Positions 20,122-30,452 of a stretch of DNA of 64,000 bases are shown here, one piece after another (position 1 is the stretch's first letter; each line of letters opens with the position of its first letter). A model generated the notes under the pieces. That model worked only from the letters and a program-made list of their open reading frames with translations, did not search any database and had not been told where the DNA came from. Source of the DNA: Gammaproteobacteria bacterium (GTDB taxonomy: Bacteria > Pseudomonadota > Gammaproteobacteria > GCA-002705445 > GCA-002716945); assembly GCA_016779485.1 (NCBI GenBank), contig JADHNN010000001.1, forward strand, positions 159,885 through 223,884. The letters run 5' to 3'. Position numbers and translations under genes: made by a program.

Positions 20122-20313
20122 CTAAGAATTTTTATTTTGGTTATCATCATCAATTGTTTTACTATTGGATGACTCCTCTCTAGAGGATTTCTTAAAGCTT
20201 TTCATCGCAGCGCCTAAATCTGCACCAACGTTTCTAAGTTTTTTAGTACCAAATAATACAACAACTATGATTAAAATAAGTAGTATTGACCATGGAGATA
20301 TTCCGCTTAACAT
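20122..20313 (-). CDS. tatA: Twin-arginine translocase TatA
   Basis: ISPWSILLI...[15 protein letters not shown]. Confidence 0.95.
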   Translation of the reverse strand: MLSGISPWSILLILIIVVVLFGTKKLRNVGADLGAAMKSFKKSSREESSNSKTIDDDNQNKNS

Positions 20314-20322
20314 TCTATTTCC

Positions 20323-20637
20323 TCATCTTTTTCTATTATTCTTCTCTTCTATACCTGAAGTTCCAAATCTTTTTTCTAATTCATTTAATATCGTATCATA
20401 TTTAATGTCATGTGAAGCTAATAATACTAAAACATGAAACAATAAATCAGCGGTTTCATGTATCATGTTTTCTTTATTTTCATACGAAGAATCTATTAGC
20501 TCTTTTGATTCCTCAATTATCTTATGACATATATAATCATTTCCTTTTCTATATAAAGAAGATACATATGACTCATCGGGATCAGATTTTTTTCTTTCTT
20601 CTAAAATTTTTTCTAATCTATAGATAATATTATTCAT
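20323..20637 (-). CDS. hisE: Phosphoribosyl-ATP pyrophosphatase
   Basis: SYVSSLY, KIIEE, ETADLLFH, RFGTSGIEEK. Confidence 0.95.
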   Translation of the reverse strand: MNNIIYRLEKILEERKKSDPDESYVSSLYRKGNDYICHKIIEESKELIDSSYENKENMIHETADLLFHVLVLLASHDIKYDTILNELEKRFGTSGIEEKNNRKR

Positions 20638-20655
20638 TTGGATTCCTCAGGAAAT

Positions 20656-21411
20656 TTATCTTACTAAAATGCCCTTTCCTTTCAAGTATTCTTTTGCTTC
20701 TGTAATAGAAAACTCGCCAAAATGAAAGATACTAGCAGCTAAAACTGCATCTGCATTACCTTTTGTAATTGCTTCATGTAAGTGTTCGAGATTTCCAGCT
20801 CCTCCTGATGCGATTAGAGGAATATTTAAATCAGTTGATATTGTATTAAGTATTTCAAGGTCGAACCCGTCTTTAGTACCATCTTTATCCATACTGGTCA
20901 GCAGGATTTCACCCGCTCCTCTTTTCTGGCATTCCATACACCAATCATATGCTGATAGCATACTATTTTTTCTTCCTCCATGTGTAAAAACATAATATTC
21001 ATTATCAATTTTTTTAACATCAACAGCAATAACAATACATTGTCGGCCAATTTTCTCAGTTACATCGTTGATAATATTTGGATTAGATACTGCAGCAGTA
21101 TTTATAGTGACTTTATCAGCGCCAACAGACAGTAAATCTCTTACATCATTAAAGTCACTCACCCCGCCACCAACAGTTAATGGAATAAATACCTCATTAG
21201 CAACTTTCTCGACAACACTAAGTATAGTATCTCTCCCTTCATGTGATGCGGTTATATCTAAAAATGTAATTTCGTCTGCTCCCTCAGAGTCATACTTTTT
21301 TGCAACTTCAACCGGATCGCCGGCATCAACAATATCTACAAAGTTTATTCCCTTTACTACACGACCCTTATCAACATCCAAGCAAGGTATAATTCTTTTA
21401 GCAACACTCAT
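20656..21411 (-). CDS. hisF: Imidazole glycerol phosphate synthase subunit HisF
   Basis: [42 protein letters not shown]; start at ATG 21411. Confidence 0.98.
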   Translation of the reverse strand: MSVAKRIIPCLDVDKGRVVKGINFVDIVDAGDPVEVAKKYDSEGADEITFLDITASHEGRDTILSVVEKVANEVFIPLTVGGGVSDFNDVRDLLSVGADKVTINTAAVSNPNIINDVTEKIGRQCIVIAVDVKKIDNEYYVFTHGGRKNSMLSAYDWCMECQKRGAGEILLTSMDKDGTKDGFDLEILNTISTDLNIPLIASGGAGNLEHLHEAITKGNADAVLAASIFHFGEFSITEAKEYLKGKGILVR

Positions 21412-22123
21412 TGATAGCCTCAGAGAGTAAAATTTTATTTTCATAAAGTGCTTTTCCAATAATCATTCCATCAATTATTTCTTTATTCATATTTAGAATA
21501 CTTTTTATATCTTGTTTTGAAGTCACTCCGCCAGAAATAATAGCTCGTGTTGTTATGAATTTTAAAACGGAATCTATTGATTTCTTATTTATACCTTGCA
21601 TCATTCCGTCTTTACTGATGTCTGTAATGACAAACATTTCAATATCATAAGATTCAAGAAACTTTATAAATGATTCAACATCCTCATTCTCAGTATTTTC
21701 CCACCCATCACCAGCTAATGCTCCATTTTTAATTGCAATATCAATTGCAAGAGATTTTCTCGTAGCCTTATCCAAGGTATAAATAAATTCTTTATTTTTA
21801 AGTATTTTTGTTCCAAGGATAATTCTATCAACGCCATGAGATAAATATTTTTCAATACTGTTTGTATCTCTGATACCACCTCCGACTTGTATAAATATAT
21901 TTGGAAATGATCGTCTTATTTCTATAATATTTTTTAAATTTACAGTACTGCCAGCTTTAGCTCCATCAAGATCAACAATGTGTAAATATTTTGAACCAGC
22001 CTCTACCCAACTAGCAGCAATATCACGCAAATTATTTGAATAAACAGTCTTCTGAGAATAATCCCCTTTAGTTAGTCTTACGCATTTACCATCTATTATG
22101 TCGATTGCGGGATATATGATCAT
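21398..22123 (-). CDS. hisA: ProFAR isomerase
   Basis: [39 protein letters not shown]. Confidence 0.96.
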   Translation of the reverse strand: MIIYPAIDIIDGKCVRLTKGDYSQKTVYSNNLRDIAASWVEAGSKYLHIVDLDGAKAGSTVNLKNIIEIRRSFPNIFIQVGGGIRDTNSIEKYLSHGVDRIILGTKILKNKEFIYTLDKATRKSLAIDIAIKNGALAGDGWENTENEDVESFIKFLESYDIEMFVITDISKDGMMQGINKKSIDSVLKFITTRAIISGGVTSKQDIKSILNMNKEIIDGMIIGKALYENKILLSEAINECC

Positions 22124-22752
22124 TAAATGCCCTCTGAGTATGTTATAAAATTAGATAATAATTGTAAGCCATTAGATGAGCTCTTCTCAGGATGATACTG
22201 ACAAGCGAAAATATTATCTTTAATTACTGAGGATGTAAAGTTTATCCCATAATCGGTAGTTGATAATTCATCAGATAGTTTAGTAGCTTGCGCATAGTAA
22301 CTGTGCACAAAATAGAAAAAAGATTTATTAGAAATATTTTTCCATATTGGATGACTGTGGTTTTGATTAACAATATTCCACCCCATATGAGGTATTTTTA
22401 ATTTTCTGTTGGTAGTATTTTTAAAATCAGTAACTGTTCCATCAATTATAGAAAAACATTTCACTCCTCCATCCTCAGATGATTCATTAAATAAAATTTG
22501 AAAACCTAGACATATTCCAAAAAAAGGTCTGTTGATAATAAATTTATCTAAGCTGGGAAATTTTGAGTTAAGTCTATCCATGCATGAATTTGCGGCACCT
22601 TGCCCAGGCAGAATAATAATTGATGCATCCTCTAAATCCTTTATCGTCTTAGCTATGGACAACGAATATTTCTTATCTATTACTTTTTGGAATGACTTCA
22701 ACACGCTATGGAGATTGCTCATTCCATAATCTATTACAGAAATTTTTTTCAT
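22123..22752 (-). CDS. hisH: Imidazole glycerol phosphate synthase subunit HisH
   Basis: DYGMSNL, GICLGFQ, PHMGWN, YFVHSYY, QYHPEKS. Confidence 0.97.
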   Translation of the reverse strand: MKKISVIDYGMSNLHSVLKSFQKVIDKKYSLSIAKTIKDLEDASIIILPGQGAANSCMDRLNSKFPSLDKFIINRPFFGICLGFQILFNESSEDGGVKCFSIIDGTVTDFKNTTNRKLKIPHMGWNIVNQNHSHPIWKNISNKSFFYFVHSYYAQATKLSDELSTTDYGINFTSSVIKDNIFACQYHPEKSSSNGLQLLSNFITYSEGI

Positions 22753-23345
22753 TAAAGGAATTCTTTAGTAGACGGAATTTTATTGATGTTTTTTTCATCG
22801 AATGAAATAGCCATTTTAATTGCTTTACCAAACGATTTGAAAATTGTCTCTGCTATATGATGGGCGTTTTTGCCTCTAATATTATCGATATGAATTGTTG
22901 CTTTTGAATGATTGCTGAATCCTTGAAAAAATTCACTGAGAAGTTCAATATCAAATTCACCAACTCTTGCTCTTGGATAAGTAACATTGTAAGTGAGGCC
23001 TGGTCGACCTGAAAAATCTATTACAACTCTAGATAGTGCTTCATCAAGAGGTATATAAGCGTATCCAAATCTATTTATTCCTTTTTTATCACCGAGAGCT
23101 TTATCAAATGCTACTCCCAATGTGATGCCGATATCTTCAACAGTATGATGTGCATCTATTTGAAGATCTCCCTCAGCTTTCAAATCAAGATCAATAGATG
23201 AATATCTAGTGGTTTGATCAAGCATATGCTCCAAAAAAGGTAAATTTGCATTAAGATTACTTTCACCATTACCATCTAGATTTAACGTAAGCTTAATATC
23301 TGTTTCTTTAGTCTTTCTAGACTCTTTAATGATTCTCATTGCCAT
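22752..23345 (-). CDS. hisB: Imidazoleglycerol-phosphate dehydratase (monofunctional)
   Basis: RKTKETDI, DAHHTVED, NAHHIAE, PSTK. Confidence 0.97.
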   Translation of the reverse strand: MAMRIIKESRKTKETDIKLTLNLDGNGESNLNANLPFLEHMLDQTTRYSSIDLDLKAEGDLQIDAHHTVEDIGITLGVAFDKALGDKKGINRFGYAYIPLDEALSRVVIDFSGRPGLTYNVTYPRARVGEFDIELLSEFFQGFSNHSKATIHIDNIRGKNAHHIAETIFKSFGKAIKMAISFDEKNINKIPSTKEFL

Positions 23346-23356
23346 ATATTAATATA

Positions 23357-24133
23357 TTATTGATTAGTTAGCCATTTCTTTACATGAGCTATTAGTTCAG
23401 AACTATTATCCTCGTGATAATGATTAGATGATTTAATTTGGATCTGTTTAGACTTATTATTTATTGTTTTTATTATCCTTTTTCTTTCATCAGCCTTACT
23501 AATTACATAATTAAAATCATATTCTCCATATATGTCTAATATTGGTACAAGTATCTTAGAATACGGGTACTTATAAATTAGTTTTTGGCCTTTATCTACC
23601 GCTCCACTCCCAATCAACACAAGTGAACTGATATTTTCAGATAGCTTTTCGTTGTTAATCAGAGACATTAACATATGAACTCCGCAGCTATGAGCGACTA
23701 CTATGATATTTGTATTCTTGGTGGAAATATATTCTATGGCAGATTTTATTCTTTCATCAGAATCATAAAATATTTTAGTGTAGTCATAATATGTAGACAA
23801 TTTCTTTAATACGGGCAGCTGTATACTATAAGTATTATATCTATTGCTCAGTTCTGTTCTAATTGGGTATGCAAGTTTTTGTTCGTTAGGGTGCAGACCT
23901 CGCCCATGTAAAAACAGAATTGCACTATCATTATTTTCATCAAATAGTTCTATTAAAGAAAACTCTCCGTATTTATAGTCAACAAAGTGATGTTCTCCAT
24001 CAAATATTTCTAAAAGGTTTTGTTGATAAATTATTTTTTCTCTTTTTGAATCTGGAGTTTCTTTGTCAGTGCTACATCCAGTGAATATAATCGCAGAGAA
24101 AGCTAGTATTAGTAAATATTTATTCAATAACAT
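23357..24133 (-). CDS. DUF3530-like alpha/beta-hydrolase lipoprotein
   Basis: Lipobox FTG-C, LFLHGRG, VAHSCG nucleophile elbow, ILDIYG, NHYH. Confidence 0.65.
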   Translation of the reverse strand: MLLNKYLLILAFSAIIFTGCSTDKETPDSKREKIIYQQNLLEIFDGEHHFVDYKYGEFSLIELFDENNDSAILFLHGRGLHPNEQKLAYPIRTELSNRYNTYSIQLPVLKKLSTYYDYTKIFYDSDERIKSAIEYISTKNTNIIVVAHSCGVHMLMSLINNEKLSENISSLVLIGSGAVDKGQKLIYKYPYSKILVPILDIYGEYDFNYVISKADERKRIIKTINNKSKQIQIKSSNHYHEDNSSELIAHVKKWLTNQ

Positions 24134-25052
24134 TATCAAAGATATTAAGTATTTCTTTACTGATCGAAGGTTCCAATAATGAATGGCCAGCATCTTTAGC
24201 AATTATAAGTTCTGCATTATCATAAACTTTATGTAAATCATGTGCCTGACGTATAGGGCATACTATGTCATACTGGCCATGCACGATTATGCATGGTATA
24301 TCTTTAATTTTATTTATATCCTCTAATATTTGATTTTCTCTTATGAAGCAGTTGTTCATGAAGAAATGTGATTCTATCCTTGCGAGTGACACAGCACATT
24401 CATCAAAAGAATTGATTACATTATTAGAGGGAATTAAACAGGATGACTTTCCCTCCCAAAGAGACCATTCTTTACATGCTCTATTTGAAATAGTTTCATC
24501 ACTAGAGAAAATCATTTTATGATAAGCAGATAAAATATTTTCTCTTTTTGATTGATCAACAATTGAAATATAGTTTTCCCAATATTGTGGATATATCTCG
24601 GATGCACCATTTTGATAAAACCAATTTATATCATCCTTGCGGCATAAGAAAATACCTCTTAATGTTAAAGAGACAACTTTTTCAGGATGTGCCTCTGCAT
24701 ATAATAATGCTAGTGTAGATCCCCAAGATCCTCCATATATATGTGTCTTATCAATATTAAAATGTCCAAGTATCAAATTTATATCTCGAATAAGATCTTG
24801 AGTCGTATTTTCAGTAACTTCACCATATGGATTGGATTTACCACAACCTCTCTGATCAAACATGATTAAACGGTATTTATTTGGGTTAAAATATTTTTGG
24901 AAAATAGGTGATGTTCCTGCTCCAGGACCGCCATGAAGAAATAACATGGGAATGCCATTTTTATTGCCATATTCTTCAACATTAATCTCGTGGCTATCAC
25001 TAACCTTGAGCATGTATTGATTGCTTGGTTTGTTAATAGGATGGAATTTCAT
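24120..25052 (-). CDS. pip: Prolyl aminopeptidase
   Basis: LHGGPG, FDQRGCGKS, GGSWGS, LRGIFL, HGQYD, AGHS. Confidence 0.96.
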   Translation of the reverse strand: MKFHPINKPSNQYMLKVSDSHEINVEEYGNKNGIPMLFLHGGPGAGTSPIFQKYFNPNKYRLIMFDQRGCGKSNPYGEVTENTTQDLIRDINLILGHFNIDKTHIYGGSWGSTLALLYAEAHPEKVVSLTLRGIFLCRKDDINWFYQNGASEIYPQYWENYISIVDQSKRENILSAYHKMIFSSDETISNRACKEWSLWEGKSSCLIPSNNVINSFDECAVSLARIESHFFMNNCFIRENQILEDINKIKDIPCIIVHGQYDIVCPIRQAHDLHKVYDNAELIIAKDAGHSLLEPSISKEILNIFDNVIE

Positions 25053-26026
25053 ATTTTATAGATATCACTCCCGTCAGGTCGATGTTTAAAGATTCTAAGT
25101 GTCCACATATATTGGGTTTTATCAACCTGAATCTGTTTTTCTAGAACAGTATTTACTTTTGCACAATCATTTCGTATGTCATTAGACGGGAAATCCTTAA
25201 TTTCTGGGAAAACTTTGAAAAGGAACCTATGAGTGTTGATATTATATGTGCAGATACAAGGAAGAACTTTTGATTTTGTTATTTTAGCAAGTTTACTAAC
25301 TGATTTTAAAGAAGCTTTTTTAGTATCAAAGAACTTGCTAAATATAGAATTATCCACGCTTATATCCTCGTCAGCTAAAAAGTAAAGTACACTCGGATGA
25401 TTCATTTTTCTGATAATTGATTTCATGCCCTGCATGTTTCTTGGATATATAATAGCCTTGTCGTTCTCTTTACAACATCTTGATCTACCAATAAACCAGT
25501 TAATTAAGTTATTTTTAAATGGCTTATACATGCTTAAGACATCATATCTAGATATTGCTCTTCCGCCAAACTCTAATGAGAGAGAATGAGGAGCAAGCAA
25601 TATTACACTTTGATTATTTTCCAATATGTCATCTATAAGATGAGTATCTTCTTTATCTATTATATGTTGGAGACTGGAGTCAGACTTCCACCAGAGTTGA
25701 GGTAAGTTTACATACATGCATCCGAGGTTTTTAAAATACATCTTACAAATATTTTGTATTTCAGTCCGTGAGATATCTTTAAATGTCTCTTTCAAATTTT
25801 TTGTTATAATTTCTCTGTTAGTTTTTCCATATCTTCGAATTACTTCACCAATTAAACAGCCTACTGAATCTCTAAGTGAGCCTGGTAGATAAGCAATTGG
25901 ATAAGATAATAGAAGGAATATCCAAATTAACCAGTATTTAGGAGCAAAGTAACCATAAGAGAATCTCTCTCCTTTTTGATAATTATCACCAAAAGGATTT
26001 TTTATTGATATGAAGGGTTTAGACAT
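25049..26026 (-). CDS. lpxL: Lipid A biosynthesis acyltransferase (LpxL/LpxP family)
   Basis: APHSLSLE (HxxxxE), SKFF, QYMWTLRIFK. Confidence 0.8.
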   Translation of the reverse strand: MSKPFISIKNPFGDNYQKGERFSYGYFAPKYWLIWIFLLLSYPIAYLPGSLRDSVGCLIGEVIRRYGKTNREIITKNLKETFKDISRTEIQNICKMYFKNLGCMYVNLPQLWWKSDSSLQHIIDKEDTHLIDDILENNQSVILLAPHSLSLEFGGRAISRYDVLSMYKPFKNNLINWFIGRSRCCKENDKAIIYPRNMQGMKSIIRKMNHPSVLYFLADEDISVDNSIFSKFFDTKKASLKSVSKLAKITKSKVLPCICTYNINTHRFLFKVFPEIKDFPSNDIRNDCAKVNTVLEKQIQVDKTQYMWTLRIFKHRPDGSDIYKI

Positions 26027-26029
26027 TAT

Positions 26030-27469
26030 TTAGTATTTCCAGAAATATTTTGTCATTAATATTACAAATGTATATATTTCTAATCTTCCAATAATCATCA
26101 TCAAGGATAATACTGATTTAGAAAAATCATTAAGCGCAGAGTAGTTTCCATATGCATCGCCCATTGCAGGACCAAGATTATTTATGCATGCAGCAGTAGC
26201 AGAAAACGATGTTAATAGATCATGCCCTGACATCATAATCAGGAAAGCAGAAAAAAAAAATAATAGAATATACAGTATTATGAAAGACAAGATGGTCTCT
26301 ATTGTTACATCTTCCACTTTTTTATTGTTTACTTTAATAGATATTTGAGCTTTTGGGTGTATTACTTTTAATAATTGTTTCTTAATAGATTTTAGTGCGA
26401 TTGTTATTCTAATCACTTTTATTCCACCGCCTGCGGAGCCAGCGCAAGCACCTATAAAACTAGATAAGAATATGACTGTCAAAATAAAAACAGGCCATGA
26501 ACTATAATCTGTTACAGTGAACCCAGATGTTGTGACAAATGATACAACATGGAATATTAAGTCAATATTATCAATCTTGTGTAATTGTCCTCCGAATGAA
26601 AAAAATGAGATTAATATCAGTAAGCCGAAGATAATGATTAAAAATGATTTCGCTTCTGAATTTATAAAATAGTTATGGAAAGATTTAGTTTTATATAATA
26701 GAAAGTGAAGCACAAAGTTCAAGGCCGAAAGAAACATAAAAAACATACAAATTATTTTTATATAATCACTGTCATAAAACCCAATACTATTAGTGTGTGT
26801 AGAGAAGCCACCTATAGACACCGTTGAGAAGCTATGTGAAATAGCATTAAAGAAATTCATTCCTGCTGAGTAGTAAAATCCAGCGCAAGCAAACGTTAAA
26901 ATTAAATAAACACCCCATAAACTCTTTGCGGTCTCAGTAATACGAGGGGACAATTTATTGTCTTTTATGGGAGATGATGTCTCAGCTTTATATAAATACA
27001 TACCCCCCACACCTAATATTGGTAAGATAGCTAAGACTAAAACCACAATTCCTATCCCTCCAAGCCATTGCAGCAACTGTCTATATAACAACAAGGGAGG
27101 ACTTAGAGATTCTATATTGGTTATTACTGTTGCTCCGGTAGTCGTCCAGCCAGATGTAGACTCAAAAATTGCATCTATCAATGATATATTTAATTTTGGA
27201 TCGAATAAAAATGGTATGGAACCAAAGATACTTAATACAAACCAAAAAATGGTTACTATTAAAAATCCTTCTTTTATTCTAATTTGTGATTTTTCTCTTT
27301 TGTTTGGTAGGTAAGTTAACAAACCAATAAAGAAGACTATTAAAAATGATTTTATAAAATTATCAACATTGTCTGCATAATAAATAGCTGCTAGTGTAGG
27401 TAGCAAGAGAAAGAAGCTAAATATCAGAAGAATAATTCCTGTAATTTTTAGAATTTGATAATAATTCAT
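26030..27469 (-). CDS. trkH: Trk K+ uptake membrane protein
   Basis: FESTSGWTTTGAT, QWLGGIG, STGGF-like SIGGF, GSAGGGIK, NNLGPA, GRLEI. Confidence 0.96.
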   Translation of the reverse strand: MNYYQILKITGIILLIFSFFLLLPTLAAIYYADNVDNFIKSFLIVFFIGLLTYLPNKREKSQIRIKEGFLIVTIFWFVLSIFGSIPFLFDPKLNISLIDAIFESTSGWTTTGATVITNIESLSPPLLLYRQLLQWLGGIGIVVLVLAILPILGVGGMYLYKAETSSPIKDNKLSPRITETAKSLWGVYLILTFACAGFYYSAGMNFFNAISHSFSTVSIGGFSTHTNSIGFYDSDYIKIICMFFMFLSALNFVLHFLLYKTKSFHNYFINSEAKSFLIIIFGLLILISFFSFGGQLHKIDNIDLIFHVVSFVTTSGFTVTDYSSWPVFILTVIFLSSFIGACAGSAGGGIKVIRITIALKSIKKQLLKVIHPKAQISIKVNNKKVEDVTIETILSFIILYILLFFFSAFLIMMSGHDLLTSFSATAACINNLGPAMGDAYGNYSALNDFSKSVLSLMMIIGRLEIYTFVILMTKYFWKY

Positions 27470-28840
27470 TTAAAAAAAGCCAATGCCCACCTGAAAAAGC
27501 TTTGCTAACTTTGAGAAATCTTTTTTATGAAGCAAATATATTATGAGACGATCATTGCTCTTAATAGTTAGATTATTGTGCATCAAAATTATATCTCCAT
27601 CTCTGTATATTGCTCCTATCTTACAGCCTGTGGGGAGCTCAAAATCTGAAACTTTTCTATCAACAACTTTGGAGGTATTTTTATCTCCATGAATAATGAT
27701 TTCCAAGATTTCTGCTTCGCCAAATCCTAGAGAGTGGACTTTAACAACATCACTTGTGCGAACAGAGGCAAGTATCGAGCCAATTGTTACATCTTCAGGT
27801 GATACAACAACATCTATTTCCTTTGAAACTAATTTTCTATATGAAAGTTTATTTATAATTGAAATAGACTTGTTCGCTCCTAAATCTTTTGCTAATTTTG
27901 CAGATAATATATTCATTTGATCATCGTTTGTAACACTACAGAAAAAATCAACATCTTCGATACCTTCATTCTCTAAAAGAGATTCATCAGAAATATCATC
28001 ATTCAAAACTACGGTATCTTCTAGAGATTCTGATAAATATTTTGATCGTAATAGGTTTTTTTCAATAATTTTTGTGGAGAATTTTTTAGATAGTGCAGTT
28101 GCTAACGTCATACCAACATTTCCACCGCCAGCAATCATAATATTTTCTATACGAGATTGGTTTTTACTTAATTCACTTATAAATCTCATATTCTCTGGAG
28201 TTGCCAAGAAAAAAATATCGTCTCCTATCTCTATAATCGTAGATCCATTTACTGGGATTGTTTTACGGTTCCGATAAAGAGCAACAACTTTAACATCTAC
28301 ATTAGGAAGATGGTTTTTAAATTCAGATAATTTTTTCCCAGCCAACGGTCCATCTTTTAGTACGGTGGCACCTATAACCTGTAATTTTCCATCTGCAAAG
28401 TCAAAAGCTTGAAATGCTCCGGGGTGTTCAATAATATTTTTTATAAAATCAGTTACCAGCTTACTCGGACTTATTATTGAATCAATTGAAAATAAATCTA
28501 AATCGAAGCCTGATGTACTAATTTGGAATTCAGAATTACGAAGTCTTGCAATTACTGTTGGTACATTAAACATTTTTTTTGCCAAATGACATGACACTAA
28601 ATTGACCTCATCGCTACCAGTCGTAGCAATTAATATATCGCAGTCATTTAGTTCAGCTTGTTTAAGAGTAGATGGTGATGATCCGTTACCATGAATAGTT
28701 TTAATGTCATTATCTTCTTGAAGATCCTCTAGAACAGATGAGTTAATATCAACCAAGGTTATATCATTGCCATCATCGGTGAGAATCTTTGCTAACGAGG
28801 AACCTACTTGACCTCCGCCTAATACTGCTATCTTTTTCAT
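27470..28840 (-). CDS. trkA: Trk K+ uptake NAD-binding subunit
   Basis: Two RCK domains with GGGQVG and GGGNVG; start at ATG 28840. Confidence 0.96.
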   Translation of the reverse strand: MKKIAVLGGGQVGSSLAKILTDDGNDITLVDINSSVLEDLQEDNDIKTIHGNGSSPSTLKQAELNDCDILIATTGSDEVNLVSCHLAKKMFNVPTVIARLRNSEFQISTSGFDLDLFSIDSIISPSKLVTDFIKNIIEHPGAFQAFDFADGKLQVIGATVLKDGPLAGKKLSEFKNHLPNVDVKVVALYRNRKTIPVNGSTIIEIGDDIFFLATPENMRFISELSKNQSRIENIMIAGGGNVGMTLATALSKKFSTKIIEKNLLRSKYLSESLEDTVVLNDDISDESLLENEGIEDVDFFCSVTNDDQMNILSAKLAKDLGANKSISIINKLSYRKLVSKEIDVVVSPEDVTIGSILASVRTSDVVKVHSLGFGEAEILEIIIHGDKNTSKVVDRKVSDFELPTGCKIGAIYRDGDIILMHNNLTIKSNDRLIIYLLHKKDFSKLAKLFQVGIGFF

Positions 28841-28894
28841 AGATGTGTCTTGGTGCAATTCTACATCATAAAATATTTAAATTATAATGTTTTA

Positions 28895-29839
28895 TTAAAT
28901 GTTTACTTTTGCATTTATAATTTTTTGTTTAAGTTTGACGTTAGAATTAAATAAATCTCTTGAGGAGATGGCCTTCTTACCCTCAAGCTGCAGAAACTCT
29001 ATAGATAAATACCCATCTACTGCCGCTACGACAAATTCATTTTTATTAAATTCTATAATTTGACCGGGAATAAATTCATGTTTAGCAACTATGCAATTTG
29101 CTTTTAAAATCTTGATTTGCTCATCAAAGAGCTCTAAGCGAGCTATAGGCCATATATTTAAAGCTCTTATTCTGTTAAACATAGTGCGTACTGACATTTT
29201 CAAATCTAAGATTCCATCTTCTTTTAAGATTTTTCTAGCATAAACATTTTTTTTAGCCGAAAAACTTAGAATAAATTTTTGACTATGCATTAAATTTATT
29301 GCTTCTTTACAATTTTGTGATGCAATTTTTGTTAAACTATCTTGCAAGCTCATACAATCGTCTGAATCCTTTATATTATAATCTTTTTTGAGAATAATTT
29401 TACCATCATCAAGACGTTCGTTTATTTTAAAAAAGGTAATGCCTGTCTTTTTTTCATCATTCATAATTGCATGTTGAACAGGTGCGGCACCACGATAGTT
29501 AGGTAATAGTGAACAATGTAAATTCATAATTCCAAATTTAAATAATTTAATAATTTCACTTGGTATTAATTTTCCATAGGCATATATAAATCCTAAGTCT
29601 ATGTTCTTAACTATTGGCTCAATTAAAGTACGATCTTGCAATGAAAGAGGTGTTATGCATTTTATATTATTTTTTTTACAAAATTCATATACTGGTGTGT
29701 GGACTAATTTCCCTCTTCTATTTTTTTTTGCACCTTGAGAAATTACTAATGGTACTTCATGCCCCAGTGAAATAATTTTCTGTAATAGGGGTATTGAATA
29801 ATAAGGGCTGCCAAAAAATATTATTTTGAGCTTAATCAC
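28895..29839 (-). CDS. fmt: Methionyl-tRNA formyltransferase
   Basis: FFGSP, AYG, NLHCSLLPNYRGAAP, LDDG; follows def. Confidence 0.96.
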   Translation of the reverse strand: MIKLKIIFFGSPYYSIPLLQKIISLGHEVPLVISQGAKKNRRGKLVHTPVYEFCKKNNIKCITPLSLQDRTLIEPIVKNIDLGFIYAYGKLIPSEIIKLFKFGIMNLHCSLLPNYRGAAPVQHAIMNDEKKTGITFFKINERLDDGKIILKKDYNIKDSDDCMSLQDSLTKIASQNCKEAINLMHSQKFILSFSAKKNVYARKILKEDGILDLKMSVRTMFNRIRALNIWPIARLELFDEQIKILKANCIVAKHEFIPGQIIEFNKNEFVVAAVDGYLSIEFLQLEGKKAISSRDLFNSNVKLKQKIINAKVNI

Positions 29840-30372
29840 TTTATATAAGGATTATCTATTCGTTTTACCTGGGATGAAGTTCGTTTTTGTTTTACTAGGC
29901 CCTTTTCAATTTTGGATCTTTTCATATCTGATAAATAATCTACAAATAACTTACCATCTAAATGGTCAATTTCATGTTGAATACAAATAGCTAATAATTC
30001 AGATGCATTATTTTCAAACTCATTACCATTAATGTCCTTGGCGCGATATCTAATGAAGTTATACCTTTCTACTTTTTCATAGATACCAGGTACAGATAAA
30101 CAACCCTCACTAAATAGAACAGGTTCTTTCTTCTCGATGATTATAGGGTTGACTAAAACTAATTGTTTATTTTGTTCCTTAGAAACATCAATAGTTATTA
30201 CTCTTGTGATAATATTTATTTGTATTGCAGATAGTCCTATACCCTTTTCAAAATACATAGTCTCAAACATATCAGAGACAAGTGCCTTTAAATCATTATT
30301 AAATAATTCATGATCAGGGCACTTCTGCCTCAATCTATTATCCGGATGATGTAATATTGTTCTCAATGTCAT
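29836..30372 (-). CDS. def: Peptide deformylase
   Basis: GIGLSAIQ, EGCLS, QHEIDHLDG. Confidence 0.98.
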   Translation of the reverse strand: MTLRTILHHPDNRLRQKCPDHELFNNDLKALVSDMFETMYFEKGIGLSAIQINIITRVITIDVSKEQNKQLVLVNPIIIEKKEPVLFSEGCLSVPGIYEKVERYNFIRYRAKDINGNEFENNASELLAICIQHEIDHLDGKLFVDYLSDMKRSKIEKGLVKQKRTSSQVKRIDNPYIK

Positions 30373-30452
30373 TTTTTTAATCTAATATCTTGTACTTATT
30401 GTTATTTTGATAGTATAAAGTAAAAAAAAGAATAATTAAGCCTAGGATAGCT

